The notes beneath the pieces were generated by a model. The model was not told the DNA's origin. It saw only the letters and a list, made by a program, of their open reading frames with translations, and did no database searches. Shown piece by piece: positions 20,039 to 29,680 of a DNA stretch of 64,000 nt (its first letter is position 1; each line of letters starts with the position of its first letter). Origin of the DNA: a bacterium. Lineage in GTDB: Bacteria; Zhuqueibacterota; Zhuqueibacteria; Residuimicrobiales; Krinioviventaceae. The position numbers and the translations under genes were made by a program. The stretch spans positions 576,001 to 640,000 of the forward strand of contig CAXXFV010000023.1 of NCBI GenBank assembly GCA_963674595.2. The letters run 5' to 3'.

Positions 20039-20964
20039 AAAACTCTGCTCCATATATCTCTGTTGTTGTGCCTTTGTACAATGAAGTTGAAAACGCCATC
20101 CGTCTTTGGGAGGCGATTGTAACGTCTGTAAAAAGCATGGACAAAACCTATGAGATTATTCTTGTAGACGACGGCAGCACGGACGGCACACGTGATGTTC
20201 TGAGACAGATTGCGCAGGAAAACAAACACGTCAAAATTATTTTATTTCGTGCAAATTTTGGACAATCTGCGGCAATGGCCGCCGGATTTAAAGCAACCCG
20301 AGGAGATGTTGTTGTTGCGCTGGACGGTGACCTGCAAAATGACCCCAAGGATATTCCCCGGCTTGTGGAAAAACTGGAACAGGGATTTGACGTTGTCAGC
20401 GGATGGCGTAAAAACCGGCAGGATAAATTGATCGCCCGTAAAATACCATCCAGGATTGCAAATAAAATTATTTGTTCGGTCACAGACGTGCAGCTTCATG
20501 ATACCGGTTGTTCCTTAAAGGCCTTCCGGGGTGAGATGCTGCGAAAAATTTCATTATACGGAGAAATGCACCGTTTTATTCCTGCCCTGTTTCGTATGCA
20601 TGGCGCAAAAATAGCAGAAATGCCTGTAACGCATCATCCAAGGCTTTTCGGTACATCAAAATATAATATCAGCCGCACGTTTCGTGTCATCATGGACTTG
20701 ACGACCATTCGTCTTTTAATGAGACATTTGGACAATCCGTCTGCCTATTTTGGCATCTTTTCCGGAATTTGTCTGCTGACCGGATTTGCAAGTTTGGCCG
20801 GTATTCTCTATTTTTTGATTATTCTCAACAGTGAAATGGCAGATGTGAATATTCTGGTGACAATGGCGGTTTTATTATTTGCAACATCTGTTCAATTTTT
20901 GTTTTTTGGATTAATCGGCAAGCTAATTGTTTTTAGTGGAAACAAAAGTTTAAATAAAAGCTGA
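20035..20964 (+). CDS. GT2 polyprenol-phosphate glycosyltransferase (ArnC/GtrB-like)
   Basis: 'VVPLYNE', 'VDDGSTD', 'NFGQSAA', 'DGDLQNDP', 'HDTGCSLK', 'SKY'; 2 C-terminal TM; TTG start overlapping the upstream TGA. Confidence 0.9.
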   Translation: MKNSAPYISVVVPLYNEVENAIRLWEAIVTSVKSMDKTYEIILVDDGSTDGTRDVLRQIAQENKHVKIILFRANFGQSAAMAAGFKATRGDVVVALDGDLQNDPKDIPRLVEKLEQGFDVVSGWRKNRQDKLIARKIPSRIANKIICSVTDVQLHDTGCSLKAFRGEMLRKISLYGEMHRFIPALFRMHGAKIAEMPVTHHPRLFGTSKYNISRTFRVIMDLTTIRLLMRHLDNPSAYFGIFSGICLLTGFASLAGILYFLIILNSEMADVNILVTMAVLLFATSVQFLFFGLIGKLIVFSGNKSLNKS

Positions 20965-20978
20965 ATTTAAGGAAAAAA

Positions 20979-21938
20979 ATGGCCTCATCTAACCTTGACA
21001 TAAATATTAAAAAAGATTTTGTTTCAATAGTCGTTGCCCTGGCTAACGATGTGGATAAAGTCGAACAGCTTTATGAAAACCTGCAAAAATCTTTTGAAAA
21101 ATCTGAAATTATTTTTGTAGACAATGGCAGCCAGGACGGAACCTGGAGAAAATTAAACGAAATCAGCAAAGATTCCCATCATGTAAAATTGGTCCGTTTG
21201 CGTTCCCAGTTCAGCGAATCGATCGTTCTGGATGCCGGTTTGCAGGCAGCGAGCGGGGACAAGATTTTATTTTTTACAACACGTGTTTGCATCAATACAA
21301 CGCAGTTACCGGTTTTTATAGACCGTTTGAATGATAATGCTGATATTGTCGTTGGTGTACGTTCACCACGGCGTGATTCATGGTTGAATCGGTTTGTGTC
21401 CAGGTTGTTTAATAAAATAACAAAACAAATTACCAAAGTTGATTTACAGGATGTCAACAGCGGTGTTTTTGCCGCCAAAAGAGTAGTGTTTGAAAGTGTT
21501 CCTTTTTACGGATCGTTAAACACCTTTTTACCGGTTATTGCCCATCGCCAGGGATTCCGGCTTGTTGAAGAAAAAATTGAACAACTGCCCGGTAAATTCG
21601 ATCAGTCCTGGTATCCTAAAAATTATATACGCCGGTTACTTGATTTGATCAGTGTAACCTTTTTAAGCAATTATTCAAAACGCCCCCTGCATTTTTTAGG
21701 TTTTCTTGGGGCTGTTTTTACAATTATCGGTGCGCTCATTAGTTTTTATTTGTTTGTTTATAGAATTTTTGGTTTTGGTCCCATTGCCGGCAGACCCATG
21801 CTGCTGCTGGGAACAATGCTTTTGATCATCGGTATTCAAATGATTTCCATCGGCTTGCTGGCGGAAATGATAATTTATACCCATGCTTCAGAAATTAAAG
21901 AATATAACATTGAAGAAATTATAGATACGACCGAATAA
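20979..21938 (+). CDS. ArnC/GtrB-like GT2 paralog lacking the DxD motif
   Basis: 'VDNGSQDGTW', 'DIVVGVRSPRRDS', 'RPLHFLG', 2 TM; the DxD position reads 'FTTRVC'. Confidence 0.82.
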   Translation: MASSNLDINIKKDFVSIVVALANDVDKVEQLYENLQKSFEKSEIIFVDNGSQDGTWRKLNEISKDSHHVKLVRLRSQFSESIVLDAGLQAASGDKILFFTTRVCINTTQLPVFIDRLNDNADIVVGVRSPRRDSWLNRFVSRLFNKITKQITKVDLQDVNSGVFAAKRVVFESVPFYGSLNTFLPVIAHRQGFRLVEEKIEQLPGKFDQSWYPKNYIRRLLDLISVTFLSNYSKRPLHFLGFLGAVFTIIGALISFYLFVYRIFGFGPIAGRPMLLLGTMLLIIGIQMISIGLLAEMIIYTHASEIKEYNIEEIIDTTE

Positions 21939-21958
21939 AAAAGTTTGGAGATTTATAA

Positions 21959-23410
21959 ATGTTGGATGTACTGCTCGTTAATCCTTCAAATACATTACAT
22001 CAATATGGCAGCAATAAGGACATGGTTCCGATCGGCATGTTATGGATTGCCGGGACAATGGAAAAAGCAGGATATTCGGTCCGTATTTTAGATTTGGAAT
22101 TTGGACAGGACAATCTGGAACAGGCATTACAGGAAGACAAACCCCGTGTTGTAGGAATTGCCGGAACGTCTGTCAGCCGGTTTGGCGCGTTTCAAATTGC
22201 CCAGTTGGCAAAACAGGTCAATCCGAATGTTGTAACTGTTTACGGCGGGTCGCATGCCACGTTTACAGCACAGGACACGATGGAACATGTTCCTGAAATT
22301 GATATCATTGTCCGGGGTGAGGGCGAAGAGAGCATGCTTGAGATTATGCAATGTCTTGATGCCAAAAGCAGCGAATATTCCAAAATTTTGGGTATCAGTT
22401 ATCGTGATAATAATTTGATCCTGCATAATGAGGCGCGGCCCCGAATTCAGGATTTGGACGGTATCCCGACCCCGGCGCGGCATTTGGTGGATATGGATCA
22501 ATATGAAATGACCCTGGACCTGCTTAATCATAAAGCCGCATCGATTATTACTTCACGCGGATGTCCCATTAATTGTTCGTTTTGTTCAGCCAGTTTTATG
22601 TTTGGCCGGACATTGACAACGCGCAGCGCTAAAAACGTTGTTGACGAAATGGAACACGTCCTCACAAATTATGACGTCAAAGGATTCAAAGTTTTTGACA
22701 GCACCTTTACACTGCTGCGTCGCCATGCTGAAAGTATTTGTGATGAAATTATTGCCAGAAAACTTGAATTTCCATGGGAATGCGAAATTCGGGTCAATAC
22801 TGTTGATCCCCCGCTTTTGGAAAAGATGCGCAAGGCCGGTTGTTATCTCGTGGACTTTGGTATTGAATCGGCAAGTGAGCGCGTGTTGAAACGAATGCAT
22901 AAAAATATCAACCTGGACCAGGTTGACCAGGTGTTAAAATGGACAAATGATTTGGGAATTTCACAGCGGGCATTTTTTACGTTCGGACATATTGAAGAGA
23001 CTGTGGAAGATGCTGAAATTACTTTTAATTATATCAAAGAACGTTTGAATAAAATTTCCCTGTTGGGAATCGGCGTGGGCATACGAATTTATCCCGGTAC
23101 CGAAGTGGAACGTTATGCCCTTTCGCAGGGTTACCTGGACGGATTTTCATGGTCCGAACCCTATTCCAGTCCGGGAAATAACATCCTAAGTTTGTCGGAA
23201 AATATCCCAACGTTGATTCAGCCGCAGTTGGGATATGAAGAACTGCACGCAATTAACAAAAAAGTCCTTACGTTGCAGGCCCGGAATCCACGTTTTATTA
23301 TTAGACGAATTTTAAAATCACATTCAAAAGCGGATTTTAAAAGATACGTGGGTATTTTTAAACGACTGGTCCGTTCATGGTTGTCAAATAAAAAGAAAAA
23401 AACAGCGTAA
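21959..23410 (+). CDS. B12-binding-domain radical SAM protein (class B methyltransferase-like)
   Basis: 'PIGMLWIAG', 'GGSHAT', 'GEGE', 'TSRGCPINCSFC', 'FGIESAS', 'IYPGT'. Confidence 0.9.
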   Translation: MLDVLLVNPSNTLHQYGSNKDMVPIGMLWIAGTMEKAGYSVRILDLEFGQDNLEQALQEDKPRVVGIAGTSVSRFGAFQIAQLAKQVNPNVVTVYGGSHATFTAQDTMEHVPEIDIIVRGEGEESMLEIMQCLDAKSSEYSKILGISYRDNNLILHNEARPRIQDLDGIPTPARHLVDMDQYEMTLDLLNHKAASIITSRGCPINCSFCSASFMFGRTLTTRSAKNVVDEMEHVLTNYDVKGFKVFDSTFTLLRRHAESICDEIIARKLEFPWECEIRVNTVDPPLLEKMRKAGCYLVDFGIESASERVLKRMHKNINLDQVDQVLKWTNDLGISQRAFFTFGHIEETVEDAEITFNYIKERLNKISLLGIGVGIRIYPGTEVERYALSQGYLDGFSWSEPYSSPGNNILSLSENIPTLIQPQLGYEELHAINKKVLTLQARNPRFIIRRILKSHSKADFKRYVGIFKRLVRSWLSNKKKKTA

Positions 23411-23432
23411 TGTTTTTAATTTAAGGAAACGA

Positions 23433-24404
23433 ATGAAGTTAATTATTCAAATTCCCTGCTATAATGAACAAGAAACCTTGCCGGAAACCTTGGCTGATTT
23501 GCCGGATAAAATCGATGGGATTGACTGCATTGAGGTGTTGATTATAAACGACGGCAGTACCGATGATACCGTTAAAATAGCCAAAGAACACGGTGTTCAA
23601 CATATTGTCAATTTTCCGCAAAATAAGGGACTGGCTATGGGTTTTACAGCCGGTCTTGATGCCTGTTTAAAATTGGGCGCTGATATCATTGTCAATACAG
23701 ATGCTGATAATCAGTATAACGGAAGTGATATTGTCAGGCTGGTAGAGCCGATTGTAAAAGGCCAGGCGGAAATTGTTATCGGCGACCGCAACACAAACGA
23801 TATTCAACATTTTTCCTGGACAAAAAAACAGTTACAACAATTGGGTAGCTGGGTGGTCCGGCAGCTTTCCGATACGGACATTCCGGACACTACCAGCGGG
23901 TTCCGTGCCCTGTCACGTGATGCTGCTATTCAGATGAATGTTGTCACCCGGTTTACATATACCTTGGAAACAATTATTCAAGCCGGGAAAAAGAATTTAA
24001 TTACCACTCACGTGCCGATAGATACAAATCCAAAACTGCGGGAATCTCGATTATTCAAAAGTAACTGGAGTTATATCAAACGATCCATGGCGACCATTAC
24101 CCGCATTTATGCCATGTATGAGCCGTTGAAATTGTTTAGTTATATCGGCGGTGTTACTTTTTTAGGCGGTGTGCTGGTTGGTTTGCGGTTTTTATATTTT
24201 TATTTGACCGAACAAGGTTCCGGACATATCCAGTCGTTGATTCTGACATCTATTTTGTTAATTGTCGGATTTCAGATTATCGTCATGGGTTTGCTGGCGG
24301 ACATTATTGGTTCAAACCGTCAGTTGATAGAAAATGTCCTCTATCGGGTAAAAAAAATAGAATTCAAACAACTTGAAAAAAACGACACAACGGAGCAGGA
24401 TTAG
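23433..24404 (+). CDS. GT2 glycosyltransferase (DPM/ArnC-like, 2 C-terminal TM)
   Basis: 'IQIPCYNE', 'NDGSTD', 'NTDADNQY', 'DTTSGFRA'. Confidence 0.9.
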   Translation: MKLIIQIPCYNEQETLPETLADLPDKIDGIDCIEVLIINDGSTDDTVKIAKEHGVQHIVNFPQNKGLAMGFTAGLDACLKLGADIIVNTDADNQYNGSDIVRLVEPIVKGQAEIVIGDRNTNDIQHFSWTKKQLQQLGSWVVRQLSDTDIPDTTSGFRALSRDAAIQMNVVTRFTYTLETIIQAGKKNLITTHVPIDTNPKLRESRLFKSNWSYIKRSMATITRIYAMYEPLKLFSYIGGVTFLGGVLVGLRFLYFYLTEQGSGHIQSLILTSILLIVGFQIIVMGLLADIIGSNRQLIENVLYRVKKIEFKQLEKNDTTEQD

Positions 24405-24412
24405 GAGAACGA

Positions 24413-25576
24413 ATGAAAGTTTATATGCTGGGTCCTACTTACCCGTTTCGGGGTGGTATTGCTCATTATACAACCTTGTTATTTCGTGCCTTTAAAAAGG
24501 TACATGATATTACTTTTTGCGCTGTTAAACGGCAATACCCTTTATGGCTTTTTCCCGGTAAAACCGATAAAGATTCAAGTCAGGATGCCCTGAAAGAAGA
24601 TGGTGTAAAATATATGCTGGATTCCATGAATCCGTTTACCTGGCTGCAAATTGTTTTGGACATAAAAAAACAAAAACCCGATGTTGTTATCATTCCCTGG
24701 TGGGTCTCTTTTTGGACCATACACTTTTTGTTTATCGGCGGATGTGTTCGGTTATTTAAACTGTCAAAACTGGCGTTTATATGCCATACGGTCGTTGAAC
24801 ATGAATCCAACTGGTTTTATCGACTTTGCACAAAGTCGGTATTGCGTAACGGTGATTATTTTATTGTCCATTCCAAAGAAGACAGACGTCTGCTTAACGA
24901 ACTCATACCCAACGCACAGGTTGTTCTAAAAGCGCATCCTACCTATGATTTTTTCAGCGCCGAAGGGTATGATCCTCAGGAATCGCGTAAAGAATTGGGC
25001 TTAAAAGAGAGCGATATCGTTTTGTTGTTTTTCGGGTTTATTCGTCAGTATAAAGGCGTACCTTATTTGCTGGATGCCCTGAAAATTTTAAAAGATAAAT
25101 TACCCAATGTCAAATTGTTGCTGATTGGTGAAGCCTGGCATGAAGAAGAAGATAATATTTCAGCTAAAATAAAAGAAACGCAGACAGAGGATTTTATCAT
25201 TCGTCACAATGACTATATCCCCAACGAAAAAGTCGGGACCTATTTCACGGCTTCGGACCTGGTCATTTTCCCATACAGTTCCGGAACAGCCGGCGGTGTT
25301 ATTCAGGTTGCCTATGCGTTCCATAAACCTGTCGTTGCTACATCGTTAAGTTGTTTTATGGAAATTGTTAAAGACGGTGAGACCGGTTTTCTGGTGGAAC
25401 CGCAAAGCGGTGACAGTATTGCCCAGGCTGTTTTAAATTTAGTTAAAGACGGTGATTTGGACATGTCCCGTTTGGAACAGATAAAGTCTCAGGTGATTGA
25501 ACATAACAAAAATTTTAGCTGGGACAGTATGGTTGAAGCCATTGCCGGTGGTTGGGAAAAACTAGAGAAAAAATAA
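24413..25576 (+). CDS. GT4 glycosyltransferase
   Basis: 'PFRGGIAHY', 'LFFGFIRQYKG', 'KPVVAT', 'GETGFLVEP'. Confidence 0.9.
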   Translation: MKVYMLGPTYPFRGGIAHYTTLLFRAFKKVHDITFCAVKRQYPLWLFPGKTDKDSSQDALKEDGVKYMLDSMNPFTWLQIVLDIKKQKPDVVIIPWWVSFWTIHFLFIGGCVRLFKLSKLAFICHTVVEHESNWFYRLCTKSVLRNGDYFIVHSKEDRRLLNELIPNAQVVLKAHPTYDFFSAEGYDPQESRKELGLKESDIVLLFFGFIRQYKGVPYLLDALKILKDKLPNVKLLLIGEAWHEEEDNISAKIKETQTEDFIIRHNDYIPNEKVGTYFTASDLVIFPYSSGTAGGVIQVAYAFHKPVVATSLSCFMEIVKDGETGFLVEPQSGDSIAQAVLNLVKDGDLDMSRLEQIKSQVIEHNKNFSWDSMVEAIAGGWEKLEKK

Positions 25577-25581
25577 TATTT

Positions 25582-26475
25582 ATGGAAAATTTAGCAGACC
25601 AGAATGTCGACGTGTCGGTTGTTATCCCTTCCTATAACCAGCGGCACTATATTGAAAAAGTTTTGGATTCTTTACAAGAACAACAAACCCGGTATCGCTA
25701 TGAAGTGATTGTCGTTGACAGCGGCACAGACCATTCGGATGAATTGGTAAAAGATAAATATCCGTGGGTCAAACTTATCCGCTTGCAGGAGAGGGCCCAT
25801 CCCGGCAAGGGACGTAATGTCGGTGTGGAACAGGCCCAATCGGATATCATTGCCTTTACCGATACCGATTGCCGTCTCGACAAAACATGGATCGAATCTT
25901 CTGTTTCTGCCATTAAAAACGGCAGCAAAATAGTAACCGGTCCGGTGAAAAATGGGACCCCGTTTTCAATATTCGGCACGTTGGAATATCTTTTGGAATT
26001 TTATGATTCCTTTGATATTATCAATGGAGAGAAAAAAGGCCCGGTACCCACATTGAATGTTATTTATCATAAATCTATATTGGAAAAATTTGGTCCTTTC
26101 GATGATTATGTAAAAGGAAGTGACAGCCGCCTTTCCCGAAGAGCATTGGATGCCGGTGAAAAAATTATTTTTGAGCCGCAGATGCGTGTCTGGCACCATA
26201 ACCGAACGGCTTTGAAAAAAGTATTAAAAAACCAGTATGACCTTGGAAAAGGCGCTGCGCGTACAAGTCAGGAATATACGCTTCATGGCAGAGTTTTAAC
26301 GAAATACCCTGTTCTCATTCCACTGATTCCGCTGATCAAATCCTGGCGTATCGGCTGGATACTTGCCCGTAAATGTATTAAAATATTCGGACTTTATATT
26401 TTGTGGTATCCGTTGGTGCTCGTTGGATTGTGCGCCTATGGCAGGGGGTATGCAAATGGTGTAAAAGGAGATTAA
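25582..26475 (+). CDS. GT2 glycosyltransferase
   Basis: 'VSVVIPSYN', 'VVDSG', 'GRNVG', 'FTDTDC'; ATG 25582 preferred over TTG 25552. Confidence 0.88.
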   Translation: MENLADQNVDVSVVIPSYNQRHYIEKVLDSLQEQQTRYRYEVIVVDSGTDHSDELVKDKYPWVKLIRLQERAHPGKGRNVGVEQAQSDIIAFTDTDCRLDKTWIESSVSAIKNGSKIVTGPVKNGTPFSIFGTLEYLLEFYDSFDIINGEKKGPVPTLNVIYHKSILEKFGPFDDYVKGSDSRLSRRALDAGEKIIFEPQMRVWHHNRTALKKVLKNQYDLGKGAARTSQEYTLHGRVLTKYPVLIPLIPLIKSWRIGWILARKCIKIFGLYILWYPLVLVGLCAYGRGYANGVKGD

Positions 26476-26484
26476 CGAAAAAAC

Positions 26485-27825
26485 ATGTCGTCAATAAAAA
26501 ATGGAGTAGATGTAACAAAGCCTCATATTGCCTATCTTTTGAACTATTTTCCGGTTTTGTCAGAGACCTTTATTTTTTCTGAAATTAAAAATTTAAAAAA
26601 CAGAGGGGTGAATATTCATCTCTTTTCGCTGTTTTATGTTGTAAAAGAAAAAAGGAATCCCCAGGCAGAATCTTATCTAAAAGACACCTGTTATATTTTT
26701 CCACAACTATCTTTGTGGTCGCTAGTCGGCTCACATTTGTATTTTATCAGTCATCATCCTGTTCGTTATTTCAAAACATTATTTTTTGCTTTAAAATACC
26801 AGAGTTTTAAAATACTTTTTGCAACCTTTTTTAAGCTGTGTTTTACAAATGCAAAAAAGAGAACCAGTTATACAAATAAAGAAAAACAAAGTTTGCTTGT
26901 GCACTTTATGCTGGTCATGCCCTTTGCCAGAAAAATTGAAAATTTAAAGGTGCAGGCAATCCATGCCCATTTGGCGGATACGGCGACAAGCTTTTCCATG
27001 CTTGCGTCTATGTTGTGTAACGTTCCCTACAGCTTTACCACACATGCTACGGATTTATTTGTCAATCCGGTACTTTTGCAGGAAAAAATCAATCGGTCCA
27101 GATTTGTTGTGACTTGTACGAAATATAATAAAAAATACCTTGAGGAAGCCTATCCTCAAATCGACATTAACAAGGTCCATGTTATTTATCATGGCGTGGA
27201 TATTGATGCCTTTATACCGGCTGCAAAACGCAAAAAATCAGAAAAGCCTGTTCTGTTAACAGTCGGCAGACTGGTGAAAAAGAAGGGACTGATTTTTTTG
27301 TTACATGCCTTGAAATCTTTAAAAGAAAACAACATACCTTTTCAATATAAACTCATTGGAGACGGTCCGGAACGTTCGCATTTGGAGCTGTTTGTTCGTA
27401 TTAATCAGTTAACAGACTGTGTGACATTTTGCGGTAAAGTGTCGCCGGATGATATGCTTCAGTATTACCAGACAGCGGATATGTTTGTTTTACCCTGTGT
27501 TGTAACAGAAGAAGGAGACCGTGACGGTATTCCCAATGTTATTGCTGAAGCCATGAGTTGTAATGTGCCGGTTGTTGCCAGTGAAATTTCCGGTATCCCG
27601 GAACTGGTGGTTAATGGTGAAACCGGGCTTTTGGTCCCGTCTTATGATGTGGAATCGCTGATTACGGCCCTGACAACAATGCTGACAAAGCCGAGGAAAA
27701 GAAAACAAATGGGAGATAAATGCCGTCAGCGTGTGCTGGATGTTTTTAACAAGCATGAAAAGGATCAGGACTTGATCGATCTTTATATGCAGCAATATGC
27801 ATTAAATGAACCAGATAACAATTGA
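26485..27825 (+). CDS. GT4 glycosyltransferase (WcaL-like)
   Basis: 'FPVLSETFI', 'SFTTHATD', 'VGRLVKKKG', 'GDRDGIPNVIAEAM'. Confidence 0.9.
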   Translation: MSSIKNGVDVTKPHIAYLLNYFPVLSETFIFSEIKNLKNRGVNIHLFSLFYVVKEKRNPQAESYLKDTCYIFPQLSLWSLVGSHLYFISHHPVRYFKTLFFALKYQSFKILFATFFKLCFTNAKKRTSYTNKEKQSLLVHFMLVMPFARKIENLKVQAIHAHLADTATSFSMLASMLCNVPYSFTTHATDLFVNPVLLQEKINRSRFVVTCTKYNKKYLEEAYPQIDINKVHVIYHGVDIDAFIPAAKRKKSEKPVLLTVGRLVKKKGLIFLLHALKSLKENNIPFQYKLIGDGPERSHLELFVRINQLTDCVTFCGKVSPDDMLQYYQTADMFVLPCVVTEEGDRDGIPNVIAEAMSCNVPVVASEISGIPELVVNGETGLLVPSYDVESLITALTTMLTKPRKRKQMGDKCRQRVLDVFNKHEKDQDLIDLYMQQYALNEPDNN

Positions 27826-27845
27826 AATGATGTAAAGGATTTTAA

Positions 27846-28841
27846 ATGAATGTTTTAATTACCGGTGGAGCGGGATTTGTTGGACGACATATAACAAAAC
27901 GATTTCTGAAACTGGGACATGATGTCACCGTTGTTGATAATTTTTATCCGGGTTCCGGTTGTATACAATTAAATGACTGGCCGGAACATCTCAAACCATC
28001 GGCAGGACAAAATCTAATAGTTGTTCAACAGGACTGCCGGGAATTTTTTAAAGAAAATTTAGAGTCAGCGGACAAGTTTGATATTGTCGTTCATTTGGCT
28101 GCCATTGTCGGCGGGCGTATGGTGATTGAATATCAACCTCTGGCAGTTGGTGTGGACCTGTCTATTGATGCCGAATTTTTTTACTGGCTCTCCAAAATTG
28201 ATTATAAACCCCATCGAATTCATTATTTTAGTTCATCTGCCGCATATCCGATTCATTATCAGCGTAAAGAAGAGTCTAAAATTTTAACCGAAGATATGAT
28301 CAATTTTAACGGTGGTTTTATCGGTGAACCGGACCTGACCTATGGATGGACCAAATTGACCGGTGAATTTTTGGCCAAACTGGCCCATCAGAAACATGGT
28401 CATTACATTACCTGTTACCGGCCATTTTCCGGTTACGGCGAAGACCAGGACCTGTCCTATCCGTTTCCGGCCATTCTGCAGCGGGCCATGCGTAAGGAAA
28501 ACCCAATGACGGTTTGGGGAAGCGGACAGCAATCGCGTGATTTTATTTATATTGAAGATTGTATAGACGGCATGCTCACCGTCAGCGAAAAAATCGGTGA
28601 TGGTTCCGGCGTTAATTTATCCACAGGCATTGCCACCACTTTTAACGAATTGGCACGATTATGCTATGTTGTTGCTAACGAATCTGATGATAATTTGACC
28701 ATCCAGAATACCGCCAGCAAGCCGGAAGGTGTTTTTGCACGTGTCGGTTCTACAAAATTTCAACAAGAGTTGGGCTTTCAATACAAGACATCATTGAAAG
28801 AAGGCATAGAAATTTCTTATAACTATATGAAAAATAATTAG
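27846..28841 (+). CDS. NAD-dependent nucleotide-sugar epimerase/dehydratase (extended SDR)
   Basis: 'TGGAGFVG', 'HLAA', 'SSSAAYP', 'YGWTK', 'RDFIYI'. Confidence 0.9.
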   Translation: MNVLITGGAGFVGRHITKRFLKLGHDVTVVDNFYPGSGCIQLNDWPEHLKPSAGQNLIVVQQDCREFFKENLESADKFDIVVHLAAIVGGRMVIEYQPLAVGVDLSIDAEFFYWLSKIDYKPHRIHYFSSSAAYPIHYQRKEESKILTEDMINFNGGFIGEPDLTYGWTKLTGEFLAKLAHQKHGHYITCYRPFSGYGEDQDLSYPFPAILQRAMRKENPMTVWGSGQQSRDFIYIEDCIDGMLTVSEKIGDGSGVNLSTGIATTFNELARLCYVVANESDDNLTIQNTASKPEGVFARVGSTKFQQELGFQYKTSLKEGIEISYNYMKNN

Positions 28842-28852
28842 TATTTTTCAAC

Positions 28853-29680
28853 TTGAAAGAACAATGTAAAAACTTGATTGTCAATGCCGATGACTTGGGA
28901 TATTCGGAAAAAATTAATCAGGGTATCATTCGTTCTATTCAAAATGGAATTGTGACAAGTGTTTCATTAATGGCAAACGGCAATGCTTTTGACCATGCCG
29001 TAGAATTTTTAAAAAATAATCCGACTGTTTCTGTCGGCTGGCATATTAACCTGACGGCCGGAAAACCTTTATCGGCAGCGTCGAAAATTAATACGCTGGT
29101 GGACAAAACCGGCAGGTTTTATTCGAAACGGGGATTTGTTTCAAGGACGCTTTTGTCCCGAATAAATCCATTGCATGTTCAACAGGAACTGCAAGCCCAG
29201 TATGAAAAAATCCAAAAAACCGGATTGACGATTTCACATATTGACAGTCATCATGATATTCATTGTCTTCCGGTTGTGATGAACAAAATTAACGCCTATA
29301 GAGAATCCGTACGTTTTATTCGATTTGTAAATAGCGGTGTTTTACCGTGGAGCTATTCGCCTTATTCTTCAGCGCTTATAAGCCTGATTCAAAAAGTGAT
29401 GGTCCGAAAAAGTTATCATTTTCCACGATTCTTTTTTACCGGTTATGAACTGCTTTGGAAAAAGTCAAAGATTAAAGTTTTACAAAATTTGCTGAAAAAA
29501 CTGCCGGATGGAAAAACGGTCCTTTTTTGTCATCCCGGATTTTTTGACGAATTTAATAAAGAGATAAAATATAACCGGCAGCGCGAACTTGAAGTTAACG
29601 CTCTTTGCCATGAGAATATAAAAAAATTAATTTCCCAAAATAGAATTAACCTGGTTTCTTTTAATAATTACTATGATTAA
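28853..29680 (+). CDS. YdjC/ChbG/HpnK-family carbohydrate deacetylase
   Basis: 'LIVNADDLG', 'TSVSLM', 'GWHINL', 'HIDSHH', 'CHPG'. Confidence 0.9.
   Translation: MKEQCKNLIVNADDLGYSEKINQGIIRSIQNGIVTSVSLMANGNAFDHAVEFLKNNPTVSVGWHINLTAGKPLSAASKINTLVDKTGRFYSKRGFVSRTLLSRINPLHVQQELQAQYEKIQKTGLTISHIDSHHDIHCLPVVMNKINAYRESVRFIRFVNSGVLPWSYSPYSSALISLIQKVMVRKSYHFPRFFFTGYELLWKKSKIKVLQNLLKKLPDGKTVLFCHPGFFDEFNKEIKYNRQRELEVNALCHENIKKLISQNRINLVSFNNYYD

Noticed and set aside
20035-29680. Hopanoid side-chain cassette (HpnI GT2, HpnJ radical SAM, HpnK deacetylase)
   Set aside because: The families co-occur but are not adjacent, and no squalene-hopene cyclase, HpnG or HpnH is present; the flippase and GT-C context fits glycan decoration better.
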